A stretch of 25,738 bases of DNA from a virus (lineage: Duplodnaviria; Caudoviricetes). Under the pieces are notes generated by a model that saw nothing but the letters and a program-made list of their open reading frames with translations, had not been told where the DNA came from and searched no databases. Within the stretch, counting starts at the first letter, position 1, and each line of letters starts with the position of its first letter. The stretch lies in IMG/VR virus record IMGVR_UViG_3300038673_000135, positions 1-25,738 of that record; one strand, given 5' to 3'. The position numbers and the translations under genes were made by a program. Shown piece after piece: positions 17,666 to 25,281 of this stretch.

Positions 17666-18420
17666 AAGCATCTGCACTCATCGCCTGGTGCCGGAAGCAT
17701 GTCGGTGACGGCTATGTCTACGGCACGATCGGAGAGATATGCACGCAGGCCGTCCTCGACAGGTGCCGCAGGATGTACGGTGCCATCATGGGCGACACGT
17801 ACTACACCGTCCGTGCCGTCAAGTGGCGGGGTAAATGGGTGGCGGATTGTAGCGGGTTGCTGAAAGCTGCCAGGAAAGCGCTGGACGGCGTCTGGGCGGA
17901 CGTGAGTGCGCAAGGCACGTATGACCAGTGCATGTACGTGCGTGGCCCTATCCGGGAGATGCCCCCCAAGCCCGGTACGTTTGTCTTCATGCACGGCACA
18001 TCGGCAGCCGGGGTGCGGCGCATGGTCCACGTCGGCCTTTACATCGGAGACGGGCAGGTCATCGAGGCGCGGGGCGTAGACTACGGCATCGTCATCACAC
18101 GGCTGGCAGAGAGGCCGTGGACGCATTATGGCATGGCCACGCATGTGGTATTTGACGTCCCTGTGGAGGACAAGCAGACACCACCCGCTGTGACGGCCGG
18201 AGACTCCGGCGATGCCAGCACTCCAAAACCGGAGGACCCGGTGCAGGCTCCAGCTGCAAAACCCGTCCATCCTGCTGTACTTGCCGCACATCGCGACGGC
18301 ATTGTCGGGGCTGTGGAGTATTGGGATGCCGTCCTCGATGGGGCGATCGTCCCGTCGCCGACAAACATCGAACACTTGATCATGAAATACCACGCGGCGT
18401 TGGTTGCAGAGAGAGACTGA
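17662..18420 (+). CDS. endolysin with an NlpC/P60-type catalytic domain and a small C-terminal domain
   Basis: GYVYG, ADCSGL, HVGLYIGDGQVIEARG; Pro/Ala-rich linker. Confidence 0.88.
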   Translation: MKASALIAWCRKHVGDGYVYGTIGEICTQAVLDRCRRMYGAIMGDTYYTVRAVKWRGKWVADCSGLLKAARKALDGVWADVSAQGTYDQCMYVRGPIREMPPKPGTFVFMHGTSAAGVRRMVHVGLYIGDGQVIEARGVDYGIVITRLAERPWTHYGMATHVVFDVPVEDKQTPPAVTAGDSGDASTPKPEDPVQAPAAKPVHPAVLAAHRDGIVGAVEYWDAVLDGAIVPSPTNIEHLIMKYHAALVAERD

Positions 18421-18424
18421 AAAG

Positions 18425-18465
18425 AATCCCCCCAGATGGCCGTTTGGCTGTCTGGGGGGATTTTT
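18425..18465. terminator. strong, probably bidirectional terminator at the end of the late operon
   Basis: AATCCCCCCAGATGGCC-GTTT-GGCTGTCTGGGGGGATT, flanked by A and T runs. Confidence 0.8.
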
Positions 18466-18504
18466 CCATGCCTGTAGTCCCTGCTCTGGTTGACTGCGAA
18501 GCCA

Positions 18505-18651
18505 TCACCTGCCTACAATTTCCCTGAACTCGGCGGGACACCTTTCGATTTTCCGTTGCGTGATCTGTGTCCGGACACCTCCTTTTTCCATCAGTTCAGC
18601 GAGATTGACTGAAAACTTACTACCTGCAAAAGGATACTTCTCTTTGTCCAT
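18505..18651 (-). pseudogene. truncated cI-like XRE repressor remnant (48 aa)
   Basis: GGGGAG RBS; MDKEKYPFAGSKFSVNLAELMEKGGVRTQITQRKIERCPAEFREIVGR*. FSVNLAELMEKGGV resembles XRE helix 1. Divergent from Cro. Confidence 0.55.
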
Positions 18652-18742
18652 ACTCCCCCCCACGACTGTAGTTAATTAATACTCTAAATATACACTCAAT
18701 GTTAGCGAATAAACAACATAAAAGAAATATCTTAGTTTGGGG

Positions 18743-18771
18743 TTGACAATGCTAAGACGTAACGGTAGTAT
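18743..18771 (+). promoter_or_regulatory. sigmaA-type early (lytic) promoter
   Basis: TTGACA (18743-18748), 17 bp, TAGTAT (18766-18771) in the AT-rich switch region. Confidence 0.75.
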
Positions 18772-18815
18772 TGACTTAGCCGATAAGACATTACAACACG
18801 AAAGGAGGTGTATGG

Positions 18816-19064
18816 ATGTACAAAGAAACAGCAGAAGCAAAGAAAACACGGGGGAGAAAGTTCAAGGCAGCCACTGTTAAGGCCGGATTGTCACCCAAGG
18901 ATCTTGCCTCCGCAATAGGATGCCACGTCAACACTATTCATGTTTGGTTCAAGGGACCTGACCACATCAGCAATTCAAAGCTTGACCACATCGCATCTCT
19001 GCTCAAACTCCCCAATGATGAGTTCTTGGACATTTTTTTCCCAGGATACGCAAGGATAAAGTGA
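18816..19064 (+). CDS. Cro-like XRE HTH regulator
   Basis: AAAGGAGGTG RBS; GLSPKDLASAIGCHVNTIHVW HTH; L...EFLDIFF C-terminus. Confidence 0.85.
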   Translation: MYKETAEAKKTRGRKFKAATVKAGLSPKDLASAIGCHVNTIHVWFKGPDHISNSKLDHIASLLKLPNDEFLDIFFPGYARIK

Positions 19065-19074
19065 AGGGAGCAAC

Positions 19075-19386
19075 ATGATACCGAGCAGCATAAAAATCGG
19101 AAACATCGAATACACAATCGAGAAAGTGAACCTTCCCATGGTTCATAACGCACAAGAACTCTCTGGACAAATCGACTTCCGCAATACCGTCATCAAGATC
19201 CGTGAAGACGGTTTCTCAGAGAATCACCAAGAAGAAACCTTCTGGCATGAAGCCATGCACGCCATCATCGACAGAGAACAACTGTCATTCGAGGATGAAG
19301 AGCTGGTCTGCACGTCCTTTGCGCGCGCGCTGCATGCGATGATGCAAAACAATCCGTTCCCACTGCCTGGTCAGGCATCCAGTTAG
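19075..19386 (+). CDS. small HExxH (ImmA/IrrE-like zincin fold) protein
   Basis: IP..IKIG..Y...GQI...I.I...ETFWHEAMHAI. Confidence 0.7.
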   Translation: MIPSSIKIGNIEYTIEKVNLPMVHNAQELSGQIDFRNTVIKIREDGFSENHQEETFWHEAMHAIIDREQLSFEDEELVCTSFARALHAMMQNNPFPLPGQASS

Positions 19387-19637
19387 GTAACTGGTCCCTC
19401 GAGAAACGCGAGGTACATAACGAATCGTTACGTACCGGTGACTAAAAAAGGGTATTGAAACTTCCTCGTGGGGAACGGACTGACAAAAACAGCCATGTCA
19501 TTGCATCTTTGTGAAACATCAGTGTGGGATACGGCTCAATCTGGCGTTGGAGCGCAGCGCATATCGGGCTTGGTGAAAATAAATATTTATGCATCGCAAG
19601 TGGAAGTTTATACAAATGCGATGAAAGCAGGTGCCGA

Positions 19638-20375
19638 GTGAATTTGAACCATATATATAACGAAGATTGTCTTGTCGGAATGAAACGCATACCTGATGGG
19701 TCAATCGACATGATACTATGCGACCTTCCATACGGGACAACAAACTGCCAATGGGACTCCGTGATACCGTTTGAACCACTTTGGGCCGAGTATAAGCGAA
19801 TATCAAAGCAAGGCGCAGCAATCGTTCTGACTTCGGCCCAGCCATTCACATCCGCACTTGTTTTGAGCAATCCGAAATGGTTCCGTTATGACTTGATATG
19901 GGACAAGGTAAAGGGCACTGGGTTCCTTAACGCAAAACACAGGCCAATGCGCAATCATGAAGTCATATGTGTTTTCTCAAACGCGAAGTCCACGTACAAC
20001 CCGCAGATGTCGTTTGGGCACAACCGAAAGGTGTCCAGACGCGGAAAGCAACACCAGACGGATGTATATGGCGAAATGAACAAGGACTACACCTACGACT
20101 CAACGGAACGCTACCCGAGAAGCATTATCACAATAAGCACAGACACACAAAACTCATCTCTACATCCAACGCAGAAGCCGGTTGAGCTATTTGAATATCT
20201 TGTACGGACATACACAAACCCAGGCGAAACAGTGCTTGATAATTGTATGGGTTCGGGTACAACGGCGATAGCGTGCATAAAGACGGGCAGAAACTTCATT
20301 GGGTTTGAATTGGATGCAGAGTATTGCAGAGTCGCAAACGAGAGGATAAAAACGGTTCAAATGGTTATGGGATGA
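19638..20375 (+). CDS. orphan beta-class N6-adenine/N4-cytosine DNA methyltransferase
   Basis: DLPY motif near the N-terminus, HPTQKP, DNCMGSGTT SAM-binding motif near the C-terminus; likely start is GTG 19638. Confidence 0.93.
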   Translation: MNLNHIYNEDCLVGMKRIPDGSIDMILCDLPYGTTNCQWDSVIPFEPLWAEYKRISKQGAAIVLTSAQPFTSALVLSNPKWFRYDLIWDKVKGTGFLNAKHRPMRNHEVICVFSNAKSTYNPQMSFGHNRKVSRRGKQHQTDVYGEMNKDYTYDSTERYPRSIITISTDTQNSSLHPTQKPVELFEYLVRTYTNPGETVLDNCMGSGTTAIACIKTGRNFIGFELDAEYCRVANERIKTVQMVMG

Positions 20376-20396
20376 AGCCCAAACGGGGCGGGAGGG

Positions 20397-20570
20397 ATGA
20401 GTGTGAAAAACATTAAACCTTGTCCATTTTGTGGGGGAATCCCCAAAATACTTGTCTGCGACAATGAGGGGAACATCCAAGATGATGAATATGAATCAAA
20501 CCCATGGTCAGGTCTTGGGTACCGAAGCGGGACGGAAGTAACAGTCATTTGTCCATTGGAAGGAGAGTGA
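20397..20570 (+). CDS. Lar-like restriction-alleviation protein, apparently truncated (57 aa)
   Basis: GGAGG RBS; MSVKNIKPCPFCGG...NPWSGLGY...; lacks the usual A..AWN.R end. Confidence 0.6.
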   Translation: MSVKNIKPCPFCGGIPKILVCDNEGNIQDDEYESNPWSGLGYRSGTEVTVICPLEGE

Positions 20571-20585
20571 GAGGAGGTGAGAATC

Positions 20586-20738
20586 ATGAACCTGTTGCAG
20601 CGCATTTTCCGCCGGAAGCCAAGGACGCGGAATGTCCGGGTCAAGAACCTGGTATTCGACATGGCGGACTACCGGCAGTCGCCGGCCGCGCGGGACATCG
20701 ACCTGATGTACCGGAAGCAAAGAGACGCCGCCCGGTGA
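20586..20738 (+). CDS. small basic hypothetical protein (50 aa)
   Basis: GAGGAGGTGA RBS; MNLLQRIFRRKPRTRNVRVKNLVFDMADYRQSPAARDIDLMYRKQRDAAR*. Confidence 0.7.
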   Translation: MNLLQRIFRRKPRTRNVRVKNLVFDMADYRQSPAARDIDLMYRKQRDAAR

Positions 20739-20799
20739 CAGAAACCCACCAAGGCGGCACATGAACGACACCACAATCATATCACAGGAGGAAGAGACC

Positions 20800-21339
20800 A
20801 TGGAACAGGCCGAAATCTACCAGGTTGAGAATGAGGTCATTGATGAGCAGCTCCATGAGGGCTTTGTTGTAGACAACGATACCAAGGCGGAGTGGTGCGT
20901 CCGGAAAATCGCGGAAATCCGCGCCGAGTTTGCCAGATACGAGATGGTCTGCAAGAATGCCATCTCTGTGTACGAGTCCAAGATGCAGCTGAAGAAGCAG
21001 GAGATGGAGCGCAACATCGGTGGGCTGACGGGCATGCTCCAGCACTATGCCGAGTCCGTGCCCATGAAAGTCACCAAGACCCAAGCCACGTACAAGCTCC
21101 CCTCCGGCACCCTCAAGTTGAAGTTCGGCCGGCCCGAGTTCGTGCGGGATGACGAGCAGCTGGTGCCGTGGCTCAAGGAGAACGCACCGGAGTACATCAA
21201 AATCAAGGAATCCGCCGACTGGGCCGCACTGAAACCGAAGGTCTCCGTGTCCGGCTCGAGCGTGGTGGACGAGAACGGCGAGGCGGTACCGGGCATCACT
21301 GTCGTTGAGAAGCCTGACGTGTTCCTCGTGGAGGATTGA
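20800..21339 (+). CDS. Mu Gam-like host-nuclease inhibitor
   Basis: F.VDND..AEW..RKI, coiled coil, TYKLPSGTLKLK, K.S.DWA.LK; AGGAGG RBS. Confidence 0.8.
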   Translation: MEQAEIYQVENEVIDEQLHEGFVVDNDTKAEWCVRKIAEIRAEFARYEMVCKNAISVYESKMQLKKQEMERNIGGLTGMLQHYAESVPMKVTKTQATYKLPSGTLKLKFGRPEFVRDDEQLVPWLKENAPEYIKIKESADWAALKPKVSVSGSSVVDENGEAVPGITVVEKPDVFLVED

Positions 21340-21341
21340 GC

Positions 21342-22019
21342 ATGGCGAAGAATGCGAACCTGTCCATTTACGATGCTGTACGCAAGGTTCCGGATGCGGC
21401 CAAGAAACCGATAAATGGCGGCCGGCTCAAGGGCATGACGGACATCAACCCCATGTGGCGGTTGAAAACCCTCACGGAGCAGTTCGGCCCGTGCGGAGTG
21501 GGCTGGAAGTACGTCATCACCGACAAGCGCATGGAGAAGGGCGCCAAGGAAGAGGTGGCGGTGTTCGTGGACATCGACCTTTACATCAAGGTGGGTGACG
21601 CATGGTCGGACGCGATTCCCGGCACAGGGGGCAGCATGTTTGTTGCCAGCGAGCGCAACGGCCTGTACACATCGGATGAGTGCTACAAGATGGCGCTCAC
21701 GGATGCCATCAGCGTAGCGTGCAAGGCCCTCGGCTTCGGTGCTGACGTGTATTGGGAGAAAGACCGGACGAAGTACACCCAGCCGGAGGAGCAGCAACCC
21801 GCGGGGAAGCGCCAGGCTCCGCCCCGCGAGGTTGATGAAGCGGCAGAACAGCGACTGTGGGCGATTGCCACCGCTCACGGCATTGACGTGGCACAAGTGA
21901 AGAGGGCTATTGTCCGTGACTACAAGAAAACAACAGTTCAATCCCTGTCCAAAACCGAATACGAAGAGCTCTGCGCGCGCCTCTCGGCACCAAAGCAACC
22001 TGCCGCCCACGCCGGATGA
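21342..22019 (+). CDS. Sak/Rad52-like single-strand annealing protein
   Basis: TDINPMWR...LTEQFGPCGVGW...KMALTDA...KALGFGADVYW. Confidence 0.75.
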   Translation: MAKNANLSIYDAVRKVPDAAKKPINGGRLKGMTDINPMWRLKTLTEQFGPCGVGWKYVITDKRMEKGAKEEVAVFVDIDLYIKVGDAWSDAIPGTGGSMFVASERNGLYTSDECYKMALTDAISVACKALGFGADVYWEKDRTKYTQPEEQQPAGKRQAPPREVDEAAEQRLWAIATAHGIDVAQVKRAIVRDYKKTTVQSLSKTEYEELCARLSAPKQPAAHAG

Positions 22020-22272
22020 CTGGTGCATTGAGTGCGGGGAACCCGGTGCCGAAACCCATGAGTGCTTTGGCGGGAGCAGGAGAAACCTCTCCCGCCTGTA
22101 CGGGCTGACAGTGCGGCTGTGTGCCGAGCACCACCGTGGAACGTATGGCGTCCACGGCAAGAACGGTGCGGAACTGCGCCACTGGTGCGAAAGGTATGGC
22201 CAACGGATGTTTGAGCGTGAGCACGGGACAAGGGCCGACTTCATGCGGCTGTTTGGCAGGTCGTACCTGTAG
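21910..22272 (+). CDS. HNH-like zinc-binding phage protein
   Basis: CIECG...HE.FGG..R..S..YGL.V.LC..HH.G..GVH...FM..FGRSYL; start uncertain. Confidence 0.7.
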   Translation: MSVTTRKQQFNPCPKPNTKSSARASRHQSNLPPTPDDWCIECGEPGAETHECFGGSRRNLSRLYGLTVRLCAEHHRGTYGVHGKNGAELRHWCERYGQRMFEREHGTRADFMRLFGRSYL

Positions 22273-22280
22273 GAGGAATC

Positions 22281-22631
22281 GTGAGCAATTACAGCGGACA
22301 AGACCTTGCCATCGCGCTCCAGCAGACACGCAAAGACCTGATACAGGCGGTGGAGAACTGGCGGCAGTTTGGCCACAAGCTCGCCCTGTCCGAGAGGGAC
22401 TACCGCATCGCGTACCGCGCCGAAGTGTTCGCCCTGCACGACGACGACAAGGTGGCGTGGACGGCTGCGGTCGAGATTGCCAGGGGAGAAGATGCCACGG
22501 TCGCAGACCTGCGGTACCTCCGGGATGTCGCCAAGGTCCAGTACGACGCCGAAGCGGAGCGCATCAACGCACTGAAAATTGAGTGTCGAATCCTCGAAAA
22601 CGAGATTCGGGAAGGGATGAGGTCATCATGA
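22281..22631 (+). CDS. hypothetical coiled-coil phage protein
   Basis: AGGAGG RBS, GTG start, coupled to the next gene. Confidence 0.75.
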   Translation: MSNYSGQDLAIALQQTRKDLIQAVENWRQFGHKLALSERDYRIAYRAEVFALHDDDKVAWTAAVEIARGEDATVADLRYLRDVAKVQYDAEAERINALKIECRILENEIREGMRSS

Positions 22632-22753
22632 ACCCCATGTATTGCAGTAAATGCGGCCGGCTCATCAAACCCGGCGAGGCCTACGCATACTACCCCGTCA
22701 AGAAGAAAACATACTGTGCCGCTTGCGATAAGAAGTATCGCAAGAATGCCTGA
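22628..22753 (+). CDS. small CxxC...CxxC zinc-finger protein (41 aa)
   Basis: MNPMYCSKCGRLIKPGEAYAYYPVKKKTYCAACDKKYRKNA*; ATGA overlap with the upstream gene. Confidence 0.7.
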   Translation: MNPMYCSKCGRLIKPGEAYAYYPVKKKTYCAACDKKYRKNA

Positions 22754-22772
22754 AGGGCAGGAAGGAAACCAC

Positions 22773-23225
22773 ATGAACAAGGTCATCCTCATGGGCCGGC
22801 TCACCCGTGACCCTGAAATCCGATACACCCAGTCCAACATCGCCGTGGCCCGGTTCTCGCTGGCGGTCAACCGCGTGGGCAAGCAGCAGGACGGGCAGCC
22901 CAACGCTGACTTCTTCGACATCGTGGCATGGCGCCAGACTGCGGAGTTCGTCAGCAAATACTTCAAGAAGGGCCAACAGGTGTTGGTGGAGGGGAATCTC
23001 CGCAACAACAGCTGGACAGACCAGCAGGGACAGACACAGCGCCGCACGGAAGTCCACATAGACCACGCCTATTTCGCCGAGGGACGGCGGGAGTCTTCCG
23101 GAACGTCCGAGTATACTCCGGCGCCACAACAAACGGCACAGAGGCAAGCAGAGGCCGCCCCTGAGGCGAATACAGGGGACGGGTTCTACACCCTCAATGA
23201 GGACGATGAGGATTTGCCGTTCTAG
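22773..23225 (+). CDS. ssb: single-stranded DNA-binding protein
   Basis: MNKVILMGRLTRDPEIRYT...acidic tail EDDEDLPF. Confidence 0.97.
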   Translation: MNKVILMGRLTRDPEIRYTQSNIAVARFSLAVNRVGKQQDGQPNADFFDIVAWRQTAEFVSKYFKKGQQVLVEGNLRNNSWTDQQGQTQRRTEVHIDHAYFAEGRRESSGTSEYTPAPQQTAQRQAEAAPEANTGDGFYTLNEDDEDLPF

Positions 23226-23234
23226 GGAGGCCGC

Positions 23235-23393
23235 ATGAGCATGGAAACATTCATTGCCAACCTGGACAAGCAGATCGCAGCGTTGGAGTCAGAGAAGGCA
23301 ATGGCAAAGAACCAAAAGAACCGTGACGAGATGCAGAAGCGTGTGGACGATCTTCGAGTCTTGAAAGCACAGGCTGAATCGACAATGGCATGA
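23235..23393 (+). CDS. small coiled-coil hypothetical protein (52 aa)
   Basis: GGAGG RBS; MSMETFIANLDKQIAALESEKAMAKNQKNRDEMQKRVDDLRVLKAQAESTMA*. Confidence 0.7.
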   Translation: MSMETFIANLDKQIAALESEKAMAKNQKNRDEMQKRVDDLRVLKAQAESTMA

Positions 23394-23398
23394 CCACC

Positions 23399-23422
23399 GG
23401 AGGGGTGGGAAACCGCCCCTCC
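23399..23422 (+). terminator. GNRA hairpin upstream of the initiator gene
   Basis: GGAGGGGTGG-GAAA-CCGCCCCTCC with only a short T tail. Confidence 0.4.
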
Positions 23423-23445
23423 TTCAAACACAAAGGAGCAGAGCA

Positions 23446-24180
23446 ATGCCTAATCGAGGAATCAAGGAGAGCATCTGCTGGTCTGAATCGCTGGCTGTGT
23501 TGTCAGCAGAAGCAGAGCGCCTGTTCTACCGGCTGCTCGTGCAATGCGATGATTACGGACTCATGATTGGAAACCCACGCGTCATTGCAAACAGATGCTT
23601 TCAAGCGAATGCAGATGCAGTCAAAGAGAAGCAAATTGTCGGGTGGCTGTCCGAACTTGAGGAAGCTGGTCTCATCCGGTTCTACGAGGTGGATGGTTCT
23701 CGGTACCTGAAATACGTGAAATGGGAGAAACATAATTCCGTTCGGGCTAAGAATCCGAAGTTTCCGCTTCCGGAGCAAGGTTCAGGTGTTATGGTGTCAG
23801 ATGCAAGCACATGCAAGCAGATGCAAACCGATGCTTGCAATAGTCCCCGAGACACGAGACACGAGACACGAGACACGAGACACGAGACACGTACACGAGA
23901 CGGCGGAAAACTGACACTTGCCCCCCTTGTTCGGCTCACTCCGGAAGAACACCAAACACTGATTGAAAAGCATGGAGCCGATGCCACGACATGGATGATT
24001 CAGCGCCTGCAGGATTACAAGGAAGCCAATGGGAAGGCGTACAAATCTGATGCAGCGGCTATCCGATCATGGGTTGCCAGCGCGTGGGAAGATGAGAAGC
24101 GGCGCCGAGGAAAGGATCACGCCGAGCCGCTTCCGGCTTGGCTGGAGAAGGGAGCACCGATTCCAGATGACAAGGGATGA
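23446..24180 (+). CDS. phage replication initiator/replisome organiser
   Basis: MPNR.IKESIC.SE...LFYRLLV.CDDYG N-terminus, central repeats, C-terminal GK.YKS..A.IR.W. Confidence 0.8.
   Translation: MPNRGIKESICWSESLAVLSAEAERLFYRLLVQCDDYGLMIGNPRVIANRCFQANADAVKEKQIVGWLSELEEAGLIRFYEVDGSRYLKYVKWEKHNSVRAKNPKFPLPEQGSGVMVSDASTCKQMQTDACNSPRDTRHETRDTRHETRTRDGGKLTLAPLVRLTPEEHQTLIEKHGADATTWMIQRLQDYKEANGKAYKSDAAAIRSWVASAWEDEKRRRGKDHAEPLPAWLEKGAPIPDDKG
23801..23901. repeat. iterons and 7-bp tandem array inside the initiator (probable origin)
   Basis: 10-bp-phased ATGCAAGCAC / ATGCAAGCAG / ATGCAAACCG / ATGCTTGCAA at 23801-23840; (GACACGA)x5 plus degenerate copies from 23851. Confidence 0.75.
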
Positions 24181-24703
24181 CTTCAACGGAATGATGCGGC
24201 TCCTGAACGATGCCTTCGGTGGAGGGTACAGCGGAGCCGGCGCGGATACCTGGTTCAAAATACTTGGCAAGTACCAAGCTGCAGAAGTAAGGGACGCCAT
24301 ATGGCTTCTTGCGGAAACCTCCCGCGTGAAGCCTCGCATTGCGGATATCATCGAGGCCATGAAGGGGAACGGGATCGTCGGTGGAGGGTCACAGGCGGTC
24401 GAGCCGAACGGGTGCAGCTTCTGCGCAGGCTCCGGGTGGGCCAGCGTGGAAGTCTCGCCGGGGGAGATGGTGATGTTCCGGTGCATGTGTGACCGAGGCG
24501 AACGGCTGAATCATCGCCATCGCCAACTCACTGACGAGTTCGTCCGGAACCGATACGTGAATGTCTGCGGGGAACTGCGGCTCAGGAACCCCGTGGAAGA
24601 ACAAAGGGATGCGAAGCTGGCAGAGATGCCGCTGGATGAAAAAATAGCCTGGTGCAGGCGTGGGCTTGCCCGGCTGGCAGGAGGAACATCATGGAGGACC
24701 TGA
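24167..24703 (+). CDS. helicase loader/inhibitor-like protein (G39P-like) with a CxxC...CxC zinc motif
   Basis: MT..F...M..L...W...L...P.IADI pattern; CSFC...CMC; follows the initiator. Confidence 0.55.
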   Translation: MTRDDFNGMMRLLNDAFGGGYSGAGADTWFKILGKYQAAEVRDAIWLLAETSRVKPRIADIIEAMKGNGIVGGGSQAVEPNGCSFCAGSGWASVEVSPGEMVMFRCMCDRGERLNHRHRQLTDEFVRNRYVNVCGELRLRNPVEEQRDAKLAEMPLDEKIAWCRRGLARLAGGTSWRT

Positions 24704-24900
24704 CAATCCGCATAGGCGGAAAGTACCGGTGCATAGATGACAGGGGCAACGAAAGGGTCAGGACGGTGGAGGCGATTGACCGCCAGGAATACATCCCTCC
24801 GGAGGACCGCAAGGTGCGCTACACGGATGACCGGTTCAAGGAGTATGGGTCCCTGTACGTCAGGACCTTCCGCCGGCAGGTGGTGGAGGTGCTTGGATGA
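24691..24900 (+). CDS. hypothetical protein (69 aa)
   Basis: AGGAGG RBS then ATG at 24691; coupled to rusA. Confidence 0.7.
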   Translation: MEDLTIRIGGKYRCIDDRGNERVRTVEAIDRQEYIPPEDRKVRYTDDRFKEYGSLYVRTFRRQVVEVLG

Positions 24901-25280
24901 ACGTGGACGAGAGATGCACCCACCGATTCGTCATCAAGGGGCGCCTCCCAGGGCTCAATGAGATGACCAGGGAGGCCCGCGGCAACAAGTACGAGTCAGC
25001 CCGGACAAAGCGCACCTGCACCATGCTGTGTGCGGCTGAAGCCATGAGACAGAAAATCCCGGCCATGACCCGGCCTATCATACTTGACGTCATGTGGGTG
25101 GAACCAAATCAGCGCAGAGACCTGGACAACATTGCGGCCGGCATCAAGTACATACTCGACGGACTGCAAGCGGCCAACATAATCGCCAATGATGGTTGGA
25201 AGGATGTGCACGGTATTGTGCACCGGTTCGCAGTGGATGCAGACAACCCGCGCATAGTCGTGGAGCTCCAAGAGGTGTGA
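24897..25280 (+). CDS. rusA: RusA-family Holliday junction resolvase
   Basis: RRDLDNI...KYILDGL...IIAND...NPRIVVEL. Confidence 0.88.
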   Translation: MNVDERCTHRFVIKGRLPGLNEMTREARGNKYESARTKRTCTMLCAAEAMRQKIPAMTRPIILDVMWVEPNQRRDLDNIAAGIKYILDGLQAANIIANDGWKDVHGIVHRFAVDADNPRIVVELQEV

Positions 25281-25281
25281 C

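Noticed and set aside
19356-19504. HDV-like ribozyme suggested by CTTCCTCGTGG followed by GG and a small hairpin
   Set aside because: P1 would be only ~5 bp, P2 and P3 are mismatched and J4/2 is non-consensus. A simple local hairpin explains the sequence.
19524-19637. N-terminal extension of the MTase given in the ORF track
   Set aside because: MTase-like sequence starts at (V)NLNHIYNEDC, and GTG 19638 has an SD-like GCAGGTG upstream.
23848-23901. CRISPR-like array
   Set aside because: It is a 7-bp tandem repeat with no spacers, inside a CDS.
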